Shown here one piece after another: positions 17,218 through 24,797 of a stretch of 64,000 nt of DNA. Position numbers and translations under genes: made by a program. How positions within the stretch are numbered: the stretch's first letter is position 1; every line of letters begins with the position of its first letter. The notes beneath the pieces were generated by a model. That model searched no databases, was not told the DNA's origin, and saw nothing but the letters and a program-made list of their open reading frames with translations. Source of the DNA: Burkholderiaceae bacterium (GTDB taxonomy: Bacteria > Patescibacteriota > Saccharimonadia > Saccharimonadales > AQU-01); contig JAYVTZ010000005.1 of assembly GCA_043788365.1 (NCBI GenBank), positions 77,249 to 141,248 on the forward strand, in the 5' to 3' direction.

Positions 17218-17877
17218 CTACTTTGGCTTGTCAAGTGAGGTGAAATAGTCATGCACAACTTCACTCGTGAACTCACCGTAATAATCAACATCTCTAGCCG
17301 ACCCATACAGCTCTATTGTCGTATATGAAAATAGTTTGCCAGCAACACTACGCTCTTGATAATCGATAGTACACGCAATTTTTCCTATACCAGCCAGCAA
17401 AGCATGCTTTACGGGTTCCGGAGTAGTAAATGTTTCTCCAAAATCAAAGCCTCTACCAAACGGCTTTTGCTCTGGTGGAAATATAAAATCGACTAAGACA
17501 TCGTCGCCAACTTCGTCTAAAACCTTTTCACCCTCTGCTCGATGAACGCCAAGTATAACAGATCTGTCCCTATAGTCGAGATACCCTGGGCCGAGATGTT
17601 TAACACCATTTACGTCAATGTTAAATTCTGGCACTGGAAGCTTTGGGTTGCCGACAAAAAAGTAACCTGTTTCTTCAGAGCTTGCCTCTAAAACAGATTG
17701 GATAACTGCATCTCTGTAAGAGTCAAGAAGAGCAACATCTTGAACTCTTTCTATTAATAACTCTCTTGCACCTGCCGTATAACCCTCGAGTTTACCATAG
17801 AGCCCAAGTCCAGCCCGATAGACTTGGGTACCTGTCGGCAATCCACGACCTTCCTGGCTAAAATTCGGACCGGTCAT
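17218..17877 (-). CDS. Hypothetical protein, 219 aa; paralogue of the upstream gene
   Basis: Shares with 17877-18521 the motifs M-x-GPNF, (V/I)YRxG, NPxxPVPxF, (F/L)IFPxE and a C-terminal xYFxSxD. Its start overlaps the upstream stop (TAATG). Confidence 0.6.
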   Translation of the reverse strand: MTGPNFSQEGRGLPTGTQVYRAGLGLYGKLEGYTAGARELLIERVQDVALLDSYRDAVIQSVLEASSEETGYFFVGNPKLPVPEFNIDVNGVKHLGPGYLDYRDRSVILGVHRAEGEKVLDEVGDDVLVDFIFPPEQKPFGRGFDFGETFTTPEPVKHALLAGIGKIACTIDYQERSVAGKLFSYTTIELYGSARDVDYYGEFTSEVVHDYFTSLDKPK

Positions 17878-18521
17878 TATCTAGTTCGATCCTGCGACTT
17901 AAAGTATTTATCCGCGACTTCTAGGACAAGATCATAATGTGGTCTTCTGTCGTAGAATAAGCCTCTTAACATTTTATCTTCATGCCTTAGCTCTTCATGC
18001 TCCTCAGTAATAGGAAGTAGTGATGTTACTTTATTAATCACAGCTTCTTTGTGAGTAAGAGGACTCCTCATTGCTTCAACTAAACCCTTTAACAGTGGGA
18101 GTTTTGAATCCTGAGACATTGGTAATTCAATACCATTTTGTACGACTTCAATTCTAGGTCTTGATTCAGCTGGGAAAATTAAATCTAGCGAAGAAACGCT
18201 ACCATCGCCATTATCTACGTCGACTCCTAAACCAATTACTCCACTTTCATAAAAAACTGCATTCGGCCCAAAATAGTCCTCTTCAAAAGGAGGTACTGGA
18301 ACGGGATTATCAATGATACCAAAACTATAATGTTGAAAATCTTCATCAGATCTAAGCAACCTTTTAACCGCGTGTGTGTTGCCTTGAGCTTCCAAAACGG
18401 CCACAGTATCGCTAATTACCCCTAATGAATTACGCGCTAGTACGTCGATAAATCTTCGACCACCTCTATAAATCTGAGCGTCAACGCTGTCTTCACTAGA
18501 TGCAAAATTTGGACCTGCCAT
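17877..18521 (-). CDS. Hypothetical protein, ~214 aa; paralogue of the downstream gene
   Basis: Start set at the ATG at 18519-18521 (MAGPNF, matching MTGPNF of the paralogue). TATATT lies 7 nt upstream. Confidence 0.6.
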   Translation of the reverse strand: MAGPNFASSEDSVDAQIYRGGRRFIDVLARNSLGVISDTVAVLEAQGNTHAVKRLLRSDEDFQHYSFGIIDNPVPVPPFEEDYFGPNAVFYESGVIGLGVDVDNGDGSVSSLDLIFPAESRPRIEVVQNGIELPMSQDSKLPLLKGLVEAMRSPLTHKEAVINKVTSLLPITEEHEELRHEDKMLRGLFYDRRPHYDLVLEVADKYFKSQDRTR

Positions 18522-18577
18522 AATTAGCAATATAATATCATGTTTTAGTGATTTTTACAATAGTATTTTATAGATAG

Positions 18578-20290
18578 CTAAGTCGTAGGATTCATTGGTG
18601 GGGGCGTCATCGACGGTGGAACCATAGGAGGAGGAGTTGGCGGTGGTAGCGTTTGGTTTTGAGCCGGATTAGCCGTTGGTGGCGTAGGCGTATTAGTCGG
18701 CATAATCAACTGATCGGGTGGCATGGTCGCCATCGGTACATTTGGATTAGGTGCTGGGAATACATCACTCACCGTTGGGCCACCAAACGGGTTCGGCAAA
18801 TTGAACCCAAGTCCTGGCTGTGGACTTGCTGGTAGCGGCGCTTCTGGTGCGGATTGGTCGCCATGACCTAAATCGAGATCGATTGGTACCGAATTTAACG
18901 CCGCTAGAGGTGCAGTAGGCTGGCCGCCGTGCTCGGGCGACAGCACTGTTTGACCACCGTTTTCTTTGAGGTGAGAGCTGTTGACTGCTTTCTCGATTTC
19001 TTCGAGAGTCTCGTCGTCACGATCTACGGTCGGTGGCGTAATTGGCGGTGTACCTAAATTAAAAGCTGGACTTGGTGGATTCAAATCAACAACGGGTAAA
19101 GCCGTGGCGGCAACAATTGGTGGTGTTATTGGAGCAATCGCCGGTGCTGGTAAATCTACCGGTTTAGCCTCACCAAACTTGTGTAGAACACCATCGCCGT
19201 CAATATCGATATTATCAATTGGAGCTTCTTTGGGTTCGGGTGGAGACGGTGGCATTTCAAGAGAGATATGCGATGCCTCTTCTTTGGGTTCGGGTGCAGC
19301 CTCGGGAGCTGGTGGATGGGTAGGAACGGGAGCAGGCGCCGGTTGCGGAGTTGGTGGAGGCACTGGTTCTGGAGTGGGAATAGCTGCTGGCTCAGGCGCT
19401 GCTTGGACTACTGGTTCTGGTGGTGTGGGCTGTGGAGTTAAGGCAGCTGCTGGGGCTTCGGCTGGTTGAGGCTGTGGCGATTCAAGATTGGCACTGATTA
19501 ACTTTTGATTAGCGCCGGCTTTCATGAGAATTCCCGCTAAGCTCATAGTTTGCGGCGTAGTCTTGTCATTACTAAATCGCTCGGTTTCAGCCACTATACC
19601 AGTAAGGAAGGCAGTGGCAATCTGCTGATCAAACAATTCAGTCTGTGGGCTGCCCAGTGACTCACTAAGGTCGGCCAAAATCTCACTATAACTGCTCGCC
19701 CCTGGAACGTGCCAATTAATCGAACCCATATCATCCCCGACATCGCCTGTAGTAATACTGACTACTGTGGCGTCGTGTAAAATCCGACCGTGGGCGCGAA
19801 TTGCCTGATCCAAGTCTTCTCTTCTGCCTACTCCTAGAGCAATAATGACGTCAACGTTAAAGTCGCCCTGCCCAAACTCGAGATCATTTTCACTTATGTT
19901 TGTGTGATACGGTGTAATAAATATCTTAACGAAGCGATCTTCTACCTTATAGCGCAATTTATCGGCTTTTGACTTGTCGAGAGCGATAATGAAGTCACGC
20001 AAGCTATCGACATTTTTCTGTATCGTCTTTTCGGGCTCTAGAAAGCTAATTGCAGGCGGGGTATCGCCGCTAAATACAGTAGTGCCATGTTTTTTCAGTT
20101 TGTTTAGTACTAACGTAAAGCCAATGGCGGCAGCAAGTTGGTCGACAGACGGGTTAGCGCTCACTGTCAGTAAAACATTAACAGTCCCTTTTAGCCGTTC
20201 GAGCACCTGTTGCTTAGGATCGGTTGGCAGCTGAACAGTAGTCGGTTCCGGTGGAGACGTATCTAGTGGCGATGGGTCTTGCGGGTTCAT
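18578..20290 (-). CDS. DHH/NrnA-like domain protein with degenerate catalytic motifs and a ~300-aa proline-rich C-terminal region
   Basis: NrnA-like layout: SANPSVD at the DxD position, ALDKS, TPYHTN where DHH is expected, and GIVAETERF where GDTGxF is expected. No DHHA1 GGGH motif. The C-terminal half is P/T/A-rich. Confidence 0.55.
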   Translation of the reverse strand: MNPQDPSPLDTSPPEPTTVQLPTDPKQQVLERLKGTVNVLLTVSANPSVDQLAAAIGFTLVLNKLKKHGTTVFSGDTPPAISFLEPEKTIQKNVDSLRDFIIALDKSKADKLRYKVEDRFVKIFITPYHTNISENDLEFGQGDFNVDVIIALGVGRREDLDQAIRAHGRILHDATVVSITTGDVGDDMGSINWHVPGASSYSEILADLSESLGSPQTELFDQQIATAFLTGIVAETERFSNDKTTPQTMSLAGILMKAGANQKLISANLESPQPQPAEAPAAALTPQPTPPEPVVQAAPEPAAIPTPEPVPPPTPQPAPAPVPTHPPAPEAAPEPKEEASHISLEMPPSPPEPKEAPIDNIDIDGDGVLHKFGEAKPVDLPAPAIAPITPPIVAATALPVVDLNPPSPAFNLGTPPITPPTVDRDDETLEEIEKAVNSSHLKENGGQTVLSPEHGGQPTAPLAALNSVPIDLDLGHGDQSAPEAPLPASPQPGLGFNLPNPFGGPTVSDVFPAPNPNVPMATMPPDQLIMPTNTPTPPTANPAQNQTLPPPTPPPMVPPSMTPPPMNPTT

Positions 20291-20416
20291 GTCTGTTTTA
20301 CCCTTTTATTAGTACATTTTTATTTTAGCATTGATTTAATGTCAGCGTAGCATAATGGCTATGCTTTGACAACAGAGTTGCCAAAGAAGTCGAAAGTCTG
20401 GAAGTTTTATCCGCCA

Positions 20417-20471
20417 TCCGCCGACTGGCGGAGGCGAAGGGGGGATTTGACTTTTGGCTCCCCTATCCTCC
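20417..20471. other. GC-rich nested hairpins abutting the rpsT -35 element
   Basis: TCCGCC gact GGCGGA (20417-20432), then GGAGG..GGGGA N13 TCCCC tat CCTCC (20430-20471). Confidence 0.4.
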
Positions 20472-20472
20472 C

Positions 20473-20501
20473 TTTACAAAATGGCCTTACCCCTGTATAG
20501 T
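20473..20501 (+). promoter_or_regulatory. Candidate rpsT promoter TTTACA-N17-TATAGT
   Basis: Read directly. It lies 41 nt upstream of the ATG. Confidence 0.55.
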
Positions 20502-20542
20502 AGCTCCATTAACTCATATTAATGTAATTAGAAAGTAGATTC

Positions 20543-20911
20543 ATGCCCATTATCAAGTCAGCTCGCAAACGAGTCAAAACTACCAAAAAAGCGACAATTC
20601 GTAACGCCAAGACAAAGCGCAACCTAAAAGAGGCCGTCAAAGCCTTTACCAAGTCACTTGGAACCTCTAAAGCTAGCGACGCTCACAAGAAGGCTCAAAG
20701 CGAGATTGACAAAGCTGTTAAGAAGAACATCATGCATAAGAACAAGGCAGCACGCAAACAGCGTCAACTTGCTGCTGCTGCCAAGAAGGCCGGTGTTAAG
20801 CCAACTAAATCCGTTAAGAAGACCGTAGCTAAAGCCCCTGCCACTAAGAAGCCTGTAGCCAAAAAAGCTCCAGCAAAAGCCAAAGCCGCCAAGAAAACTA
20901 CTAAGAAATAG
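20543..20911 (+). CDS. rpsT: 30S ribosomal protein S20 with K/A/P-rich C-terminal extension
   Basis: The IKSARKR...HKNKAARKQ core is typical of S20. An extra ~39 aa tail follows (AKAPATKKPVAKKAPAKAKAAKKTTKK). Confidence 0.9.
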   Translation: MPIIKSARKRVKTTKKATIRNAKTKRNLKEAVKAFTKSLGTSKASDAHKKAQSEIDKAVKKNIMHKNKAARKQRQLAAAAKKAGVKPTKSVKKTVAKAPATKKPVAKKAPAKAKAAKKTTKK

Positions 20912-20942
20912 AGTCGAGAGTCCCTGGGTCTTGAGTCAAGAA

Positions 20943-20968
20943 TTGCAGGATTATGTCCTGCAATTTTT
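20943..20968 (+). terminator. Rho-independent terminator after rpsT
   Basis: TTGCAGGA ttatg TCCTGCAA followed by TTTTT. Confidence 0.7.
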
Positions 20969-21013
20969 ATAGTACCGCCATTGCCTACTCGCGCGTAAAC
21001 TTAAACACCACCA

Positions 21014-21097
21014 CTGTCATCCCGGGCTTGACCCGGGATCCAGTCATGCTACTACCGGATCTAAACAATGGATCCTGAATCAAGTTCAGGATGACAA
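21014..21097. repeat. Gene-less pair of inverted hairpin units of the GIY-YIG-flanking family (MITE-like)
   Basis: CTGTCATCCCGGGCTTGACCCGGGATCC (21014-21041, +) faces TTGTCATCCTGAACTTGATTCAGGATCC (21070-21097, read on the minus strand). The spacer is 28 bp and contains a degenerate GTCAT..ACCGGATC. Confidence 0.6.
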
Positions 21098-21133
21098 TGC
21101 ACGTTTTTTGGGTCTGCTTCAATACTCGTGACT

Positions 21134-22069
21134 CTAGACTCTTGTGTCCACATTTGCAATCGTGATGAGCAAATTTTGTAAAGCACTCTCGGCATCAATT
21201 GGTTCTGACTTTAGAGCAATATCTAGTTCTAGAGTTTCGTGAATAAGTTTTTTGAGCGACGCACTTGGAATCTTTTTGGCGATAGAAATACTTTTGTTTA
21301 CGACATAGGGGTTTATACGCGCTTCACTAGCAATCTGGCTTGGTGTTCGATCACCGGCAAATTTGATAACCGCTAATATGTGCAGCTGCCAAGCAATCAG
21401 CGCCATCATCGCTTGCGGGTCTTGCCGGAGTTGCCGTTGCTCGGCAAATAGTTCAAGCGCCCGCTTAGTATTACCGGCAAAGGCGGCTTCGAGCATGTCA
21501 AAAACCGTGCTTCTCGGTGATGATTCGACTAAAAGCTCAATATCTTGGCCACTTATTTTTGGTTCATAGAGTATCAGCTTGTCTAATTCGTTAGCTAACA
21601 TTTGTTGGTTGGGTCCTACCCTATCCACTAGTTTTCTGGCTTCGTTTGCGTCTAGTTCGCCGCCTTGATTTTTGGCGGTTTCGCTTAGCCATTTTACAAG
21701 TGAGTACTCATCCGGGTCGGCAAATTCATGATAATTTTTCTGCTTTTTAAGCGTCTTATAATAGACACTTCTTTTGTCTAGTTTTGGCTCAACTACTATG
21801 AAGTCTGTGGTGTCATCAGCCATAGCCAGTAGCACATCAATGTGTTCAGTTAAGTCTTTATTGTTAGCAGCGCTAGTTAGTACTACCATTTTTTTGTTCG
21901 ACAAGAACGGCATACTCGACAGTGCTTCCGAGGCACGAGTAAAATCTGTGTCCTCACCATCAAGACGTTCGAGCGCCAGATCACCATGTTCAGAGACAAA
22001 GTCTCCAACAAGTTTCTTTAGCTCTTGTCGCAGCAAAAAATTATTCGTCCCGGTTAAAACTACTAACAT
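21134..22069 (-). CDS. holA: DNA polymerase III subunit delta
   Basis: 311 aa with HolA-like N-terminal and C-terminal helical organisation. Judged by overall resemblance only. Confidence 0.7.
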   Translation of the reverse strand: MLVVLTGTNNFLLRQELKKLVGDFVSEHGDLALERLDGEDTDFTRASEALSSMPFLSNKKMVVLTSAANNKDLTEHIDVLLAMADDTTDFIVVEPKLDKRSVYYKTLKKQKNYHEFADPDEYSLVKWLSETAKNQGGELDANEARKLVDRVGPNQQMLANELDKLILYEPKISGQDIELLVESSPRSTVFDMLEAAFAGNTKRALELFAEQRQLRQDPQAMMALIAWQLHILAVIKFAGDRTPSQIASEARINPYVVNKSISIAKKIPSASLKKLIHETLELDIALKSEPIDAESALQNLLITIANVDTRV

Positions 22070-22109
22070 CGTTTATATAGTTTACCTGAAGTCTTACCAG
22101 AGTGCAGAT

Positions 22110-22982
22110 TTATTTTAGTACCTGACACTTTGGGCACAGGTGCGTGCCACGTGCTGCAACTCGAGTTTTAACAATTAGCGTATCTGGGTGTCTTGGGCAT
22201 GGCTTGCCTTCTTGACGAAAGACTCTGGCGAAATCGATATAACTACCACGTTTACCCTCGGCATTAACGTAATTTCTATCTGTTGAACCACCCTTTTCGA
22301 TTGATAAATTAAGTACATACCTGATTTCACCGTGAAGAGACTTTAGTTTGGCGTCTGACACATCACGCACTCGTGTGCCAGGGTGAATCTTCGCTCCCCA
22401 AAGTGATTCGTCGGCATAAATATTACCAACACCGGCCAAAACAGTTTGATCTAAAATTGCAGCCTTAATGGTAGTATTGGCCCGCTTTTTTACACGGTCT
22501 ATAAACACTTTAGGCGTAAATTCATCTGTTAACGGTTCCGGCCCAACTTTTTTAAAAAAGTCGAGGTTTGGGACTTCAATTGTCGGCATCAGCCTAACCC
22601 AACCGAATTTACGTTGATCATTAAAGTATAGATTTGTCTTGTCACTAAACTCAAGCATCACTCGTGTCGACTTGTCTGGCAATCGATTAACTAAGCTGTC
22701 GTTTGGGTGTCCGGCCCCAAAACGTTCGCTACCAACATATACGAGCTGTCCAGTCATTTTCAGGTGTATTACCAACGTGTAGTTGCTATCAAGGCTAATC
22801 ATTAGTACCTTGGCACGACGTTTAACTTCAGTAACCTTAGCGCCTATCAGAAATTCTTTGACGTCATTATCAGGATTTGGGAAAGATTTTGGCCAATCAA
22901 AATCGACGCCCATAATCGTCTTGCCGATAATTAAGCGTGATAACCCTGCCCTAACGGTTTCAACCTCGGGTAACTCTGGCAT
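22110..22982 (-). CDS. mutM: Formamidopyrimidine-DNA glycosylase (Fpg/MutM)
   Basis: N-terminal MPELPEVETVR, an H2TH region, and a C-terminal zinc finger CPRH...CPKCQ. Confidence 0.9.
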   Translation of the reverse strand: MPELPEVETVRAGLSRLIIGKTIMGVDFDWPKSFPNPDNDVKEFLIGAKVTEVKRRAKVLMISLDSNYTLVIHLKMTGQLVYVGSERFGAGHPNDSLVNRLPDKSTRVMLEFSDKTNLYFNDQRKFGWVRLMPTIEVPNLDFFKKVGPEPLTDEFTPKVFIDRVKKRANTTIKAAILDQTVLAGVGNIYADESLWGAKIHPGTRVRDVSDAKLKSLHGEIRYVLNLSIEKGGSTDRNYVNAEGKRGSYIDFARVFRQEGKPCPRHPDTLIVKTRVAARGTHLCPKCQVLK

Positions 22983-23030
22983 AGCCTAAAGTATGACAGA
23001 TATAACCAACTCTCGTCGAGTATAGTAGTT

Positions 23031-23903
23031 TTAGACTAGTAGACCGGCCCTAGCAACTTCTGATGCCGCAGATTTAGCAATACGTTCTTGTAGCTTACTC
23101 GGTATTGATAATACTGCTCTTTCGAAATCATCGTAATTACCACTTACCAATAATTGATTGGGATCAATGACCGTATCGTGCACTTCTTTATTCACTAAAA
23201 CGCTATGCGCTTGCTCTACCTGTTCATTACCCAGCGATCCTGGCCCAAGTGTTGGACCTATGGCCGGATCTTCAAATAACTTAGTTATCAGACCCGTATT
23301 TGATGTTTTATCAATCCGATCTAACCCAAAGCGTTCGGCTAATCTTCCCATTGTGGGGTTCGTTAGGCTAACTAACTTTCCTGGTTTTTCGATAAGACCA
23401 GACCGAACCGCAACAACAAGATTCTGGGCTCCTCGTATCCCCTGAAGCATTGCAAAATTTTTCTGAGACTTAAAATTTATCGGGTTTATACCTGCTGAGT
23501 CTTCAACAACACCCCCACCAGTTACTAGTAACGGTAAGAAGTTGATTTCAGATAAGGATTGATCAGAAGTTAGCGACCGAACGGACAGGCCTTGCGAATC
23601 AAAATACCCAACCTTTTTGTACTGCTCTATGCCATCTATCATGCCTTCTAGAGCATTACCACCGATCCGAGGAGCTAGTCCAAGTTCCCTGGTCGCCTCT
23701 ACAACTTTGGCAACTTCTACAGCATCAAGCTTGGGTAGCTGGGGTTTGACTCGATTCGCTCTAGCAACCATTTCTGGCGGAACATAATCAGAAGACCTGT
23801 AGCTGGGAGACCAGTCGATTTCATCAATCTGACCACGAACCTGTCCGTGCTCAGCCGCAACGGGCATACCGACATGGTTGTCAGAGCGATTTGCATCTGT
23901 CAT
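23031..23903 (-). CDS. Hypothetical protein, 290 aa
   Basis: Intact ORF. TGCTATAAT lies 9 nt upstream of the ATG. No recognisable family. Confidence 0.55.
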   Translation of the reverse strand: MTDANRSDNHVGMPVAAEHGQVRGQIDEIDWSPSYRSSDYVPPEMVARANRVKPQLPKLDAVEVAKVVEATRELGLAPRIGGNALEGMIDGIEQYKKVGYFDSQGLSVRSLTSDQSLSEINFLPLLVTGGGVVEDSAGINPINFKSQKNFAMLQGIRGAQNLVVAVRSGLIEKPGKLVSLTNPTMGRLAERFGLDRIDKTSNTGLITKLFEDPAIGPTLGPGSLGNEQVEQAHSVLVNKEVHDTVIDPNQLLVSGNYDDFERAVLSIPSKLQERIAKSAASEVARAGLLV

Positions 23904-23996
23904 AATTTATATATTATAGCATCGTTCATTAAATTTTGCAATGCTTTTTACACTTCTAGACTAGCGTTTGGTCATGTTTAAAAGTAATATTGATAT

Positions 23997-24236
23997 ATGA
24001 GTTCACTAGCTGATATTTTAGCCAAGAAGCAATTTGAAGAGCCTGCCGAGGTGCAGATTATTAAAGAATTTGTTCGCGAGACTTATGCCAGTGAAGTTGG
24101 TGTCACCATCCAGCCCAAGCAAATCATCATTACGACTCGTAGCGCTGCTCTGGCCGGCACGCTGCGCATGCAACTACACACCTTGACCGAGCTCTGTAAC
24201 ACCGATAAAAAACTAATTTTGCGTATCGGCGGCTAA
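23997..24236 (+). CDS. Small DUF721/DciA-like protein (tentative)
   Basis: 79 aa. The pattern ...EVGVTIQPKQIIITTRSAALAGTLRMQLHTLTELCNTDKKLILRIG resembles DUF721. TAATAT lies 6 nt upstream of the ATG. Confidence 0.4.
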   Translation: MSSLADILAKKQFEEPAEVQIIKEFVRETYASEVGVTIQPKQIIITTRSAALAGTLRMQLHTLTELCNTDKKLILRIGG

Positions 24237-24797
24237 AATTTTGTTTAGGTCATCACGGGTCTGTTCAAAATCTTTATACCAGACGGCTTGCATGCCTATT
24301 TCGCGCGCCGCCGTGACATACGACTCAACATCGTCAACAAAAACGCATTCGTCCGCCTGAAGTCCCAGTTTATCCAAGATTGCTTGGTAAGCTCGTGGGT
24401 CGGGCTTAACAAAACCAGTCTGGAACGACAATACTATCTCGTCAAACATTTTTACGTCATCTGACTTAAATATTCTGCCCAGCCAGTTGGCCCCAGCGTT
24501 GGACAACATACCAAGCCTATATTTAGGCTTAACGTTTTCACGAATATAGCCAAGTAGATCGTCGTTGGCAACGTTATCCTTGAGTAACTGTCTGGTGGTT
24601 AGGACGTCGACACCAGATATCTGCGATATGGTTTCGGTAAAGTCCTCAAAACTAACAATGCCAACGTCAACTTGTTTTTGGAGGCTGCTAACCTGGTCAA
24701 AAAGGTCTTTATTATCACCAAAGTACTTTGCCCGGTAAGGAATCCAACCATCTCTCGCTAGCACCCCGAAGCAATCAAATATTACGGCTTTAATCAT
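24213..24797 (-). CDS. HAD-superfamily hydrolase
   Basis: N-terminal VIFDCFGV (DxD-type motif I) and C-terminal VFVDD. Confidence 0.8.
   Translation of the reverse strand: MIKAVIFDCFGVLARDGWIPYRAKYFGDNKDLFDQVSSLQKQVDVGIVSFEDFTETISQISGVDVLTTRQLLKDNVANDDLLGYIRENVKPKYRLGMLSNAGANWLGRIFKSDDVKMFDEIVLSFQTGFVKPDPRAYQAILDKLGLQADECVFVDDVESYVTAAREIGMQAVWYKDFEQTRDDLNKILAADTQN

Noticed and set aside
18981-19469. 162-aa Gly-rich ORF on the plus strand (and similar long antisense ORFs at 12406-12822, 13255-13647, 5898-6377, 9074-9544 and 2931-3353)
   Set aside because: Each lies entirely antisense to a well-supported gene (Pro-rich DHH-like protein, pnp, ftsK, rnj, ssb region). They have low-complexity or biased composition mirroring the sense codons and no start signals. 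They are shadow ORFs.
18600-19500. Possible CRISPR or tandem DNA repeat in the GC-rich, repetitive-looking stretch (also 54590-54800)
   Set aside because: The repetition is at the level of Pro/Thr/Ala codons within coding sequence. There are no regularly spaced identical direct repeats with unique spacers.
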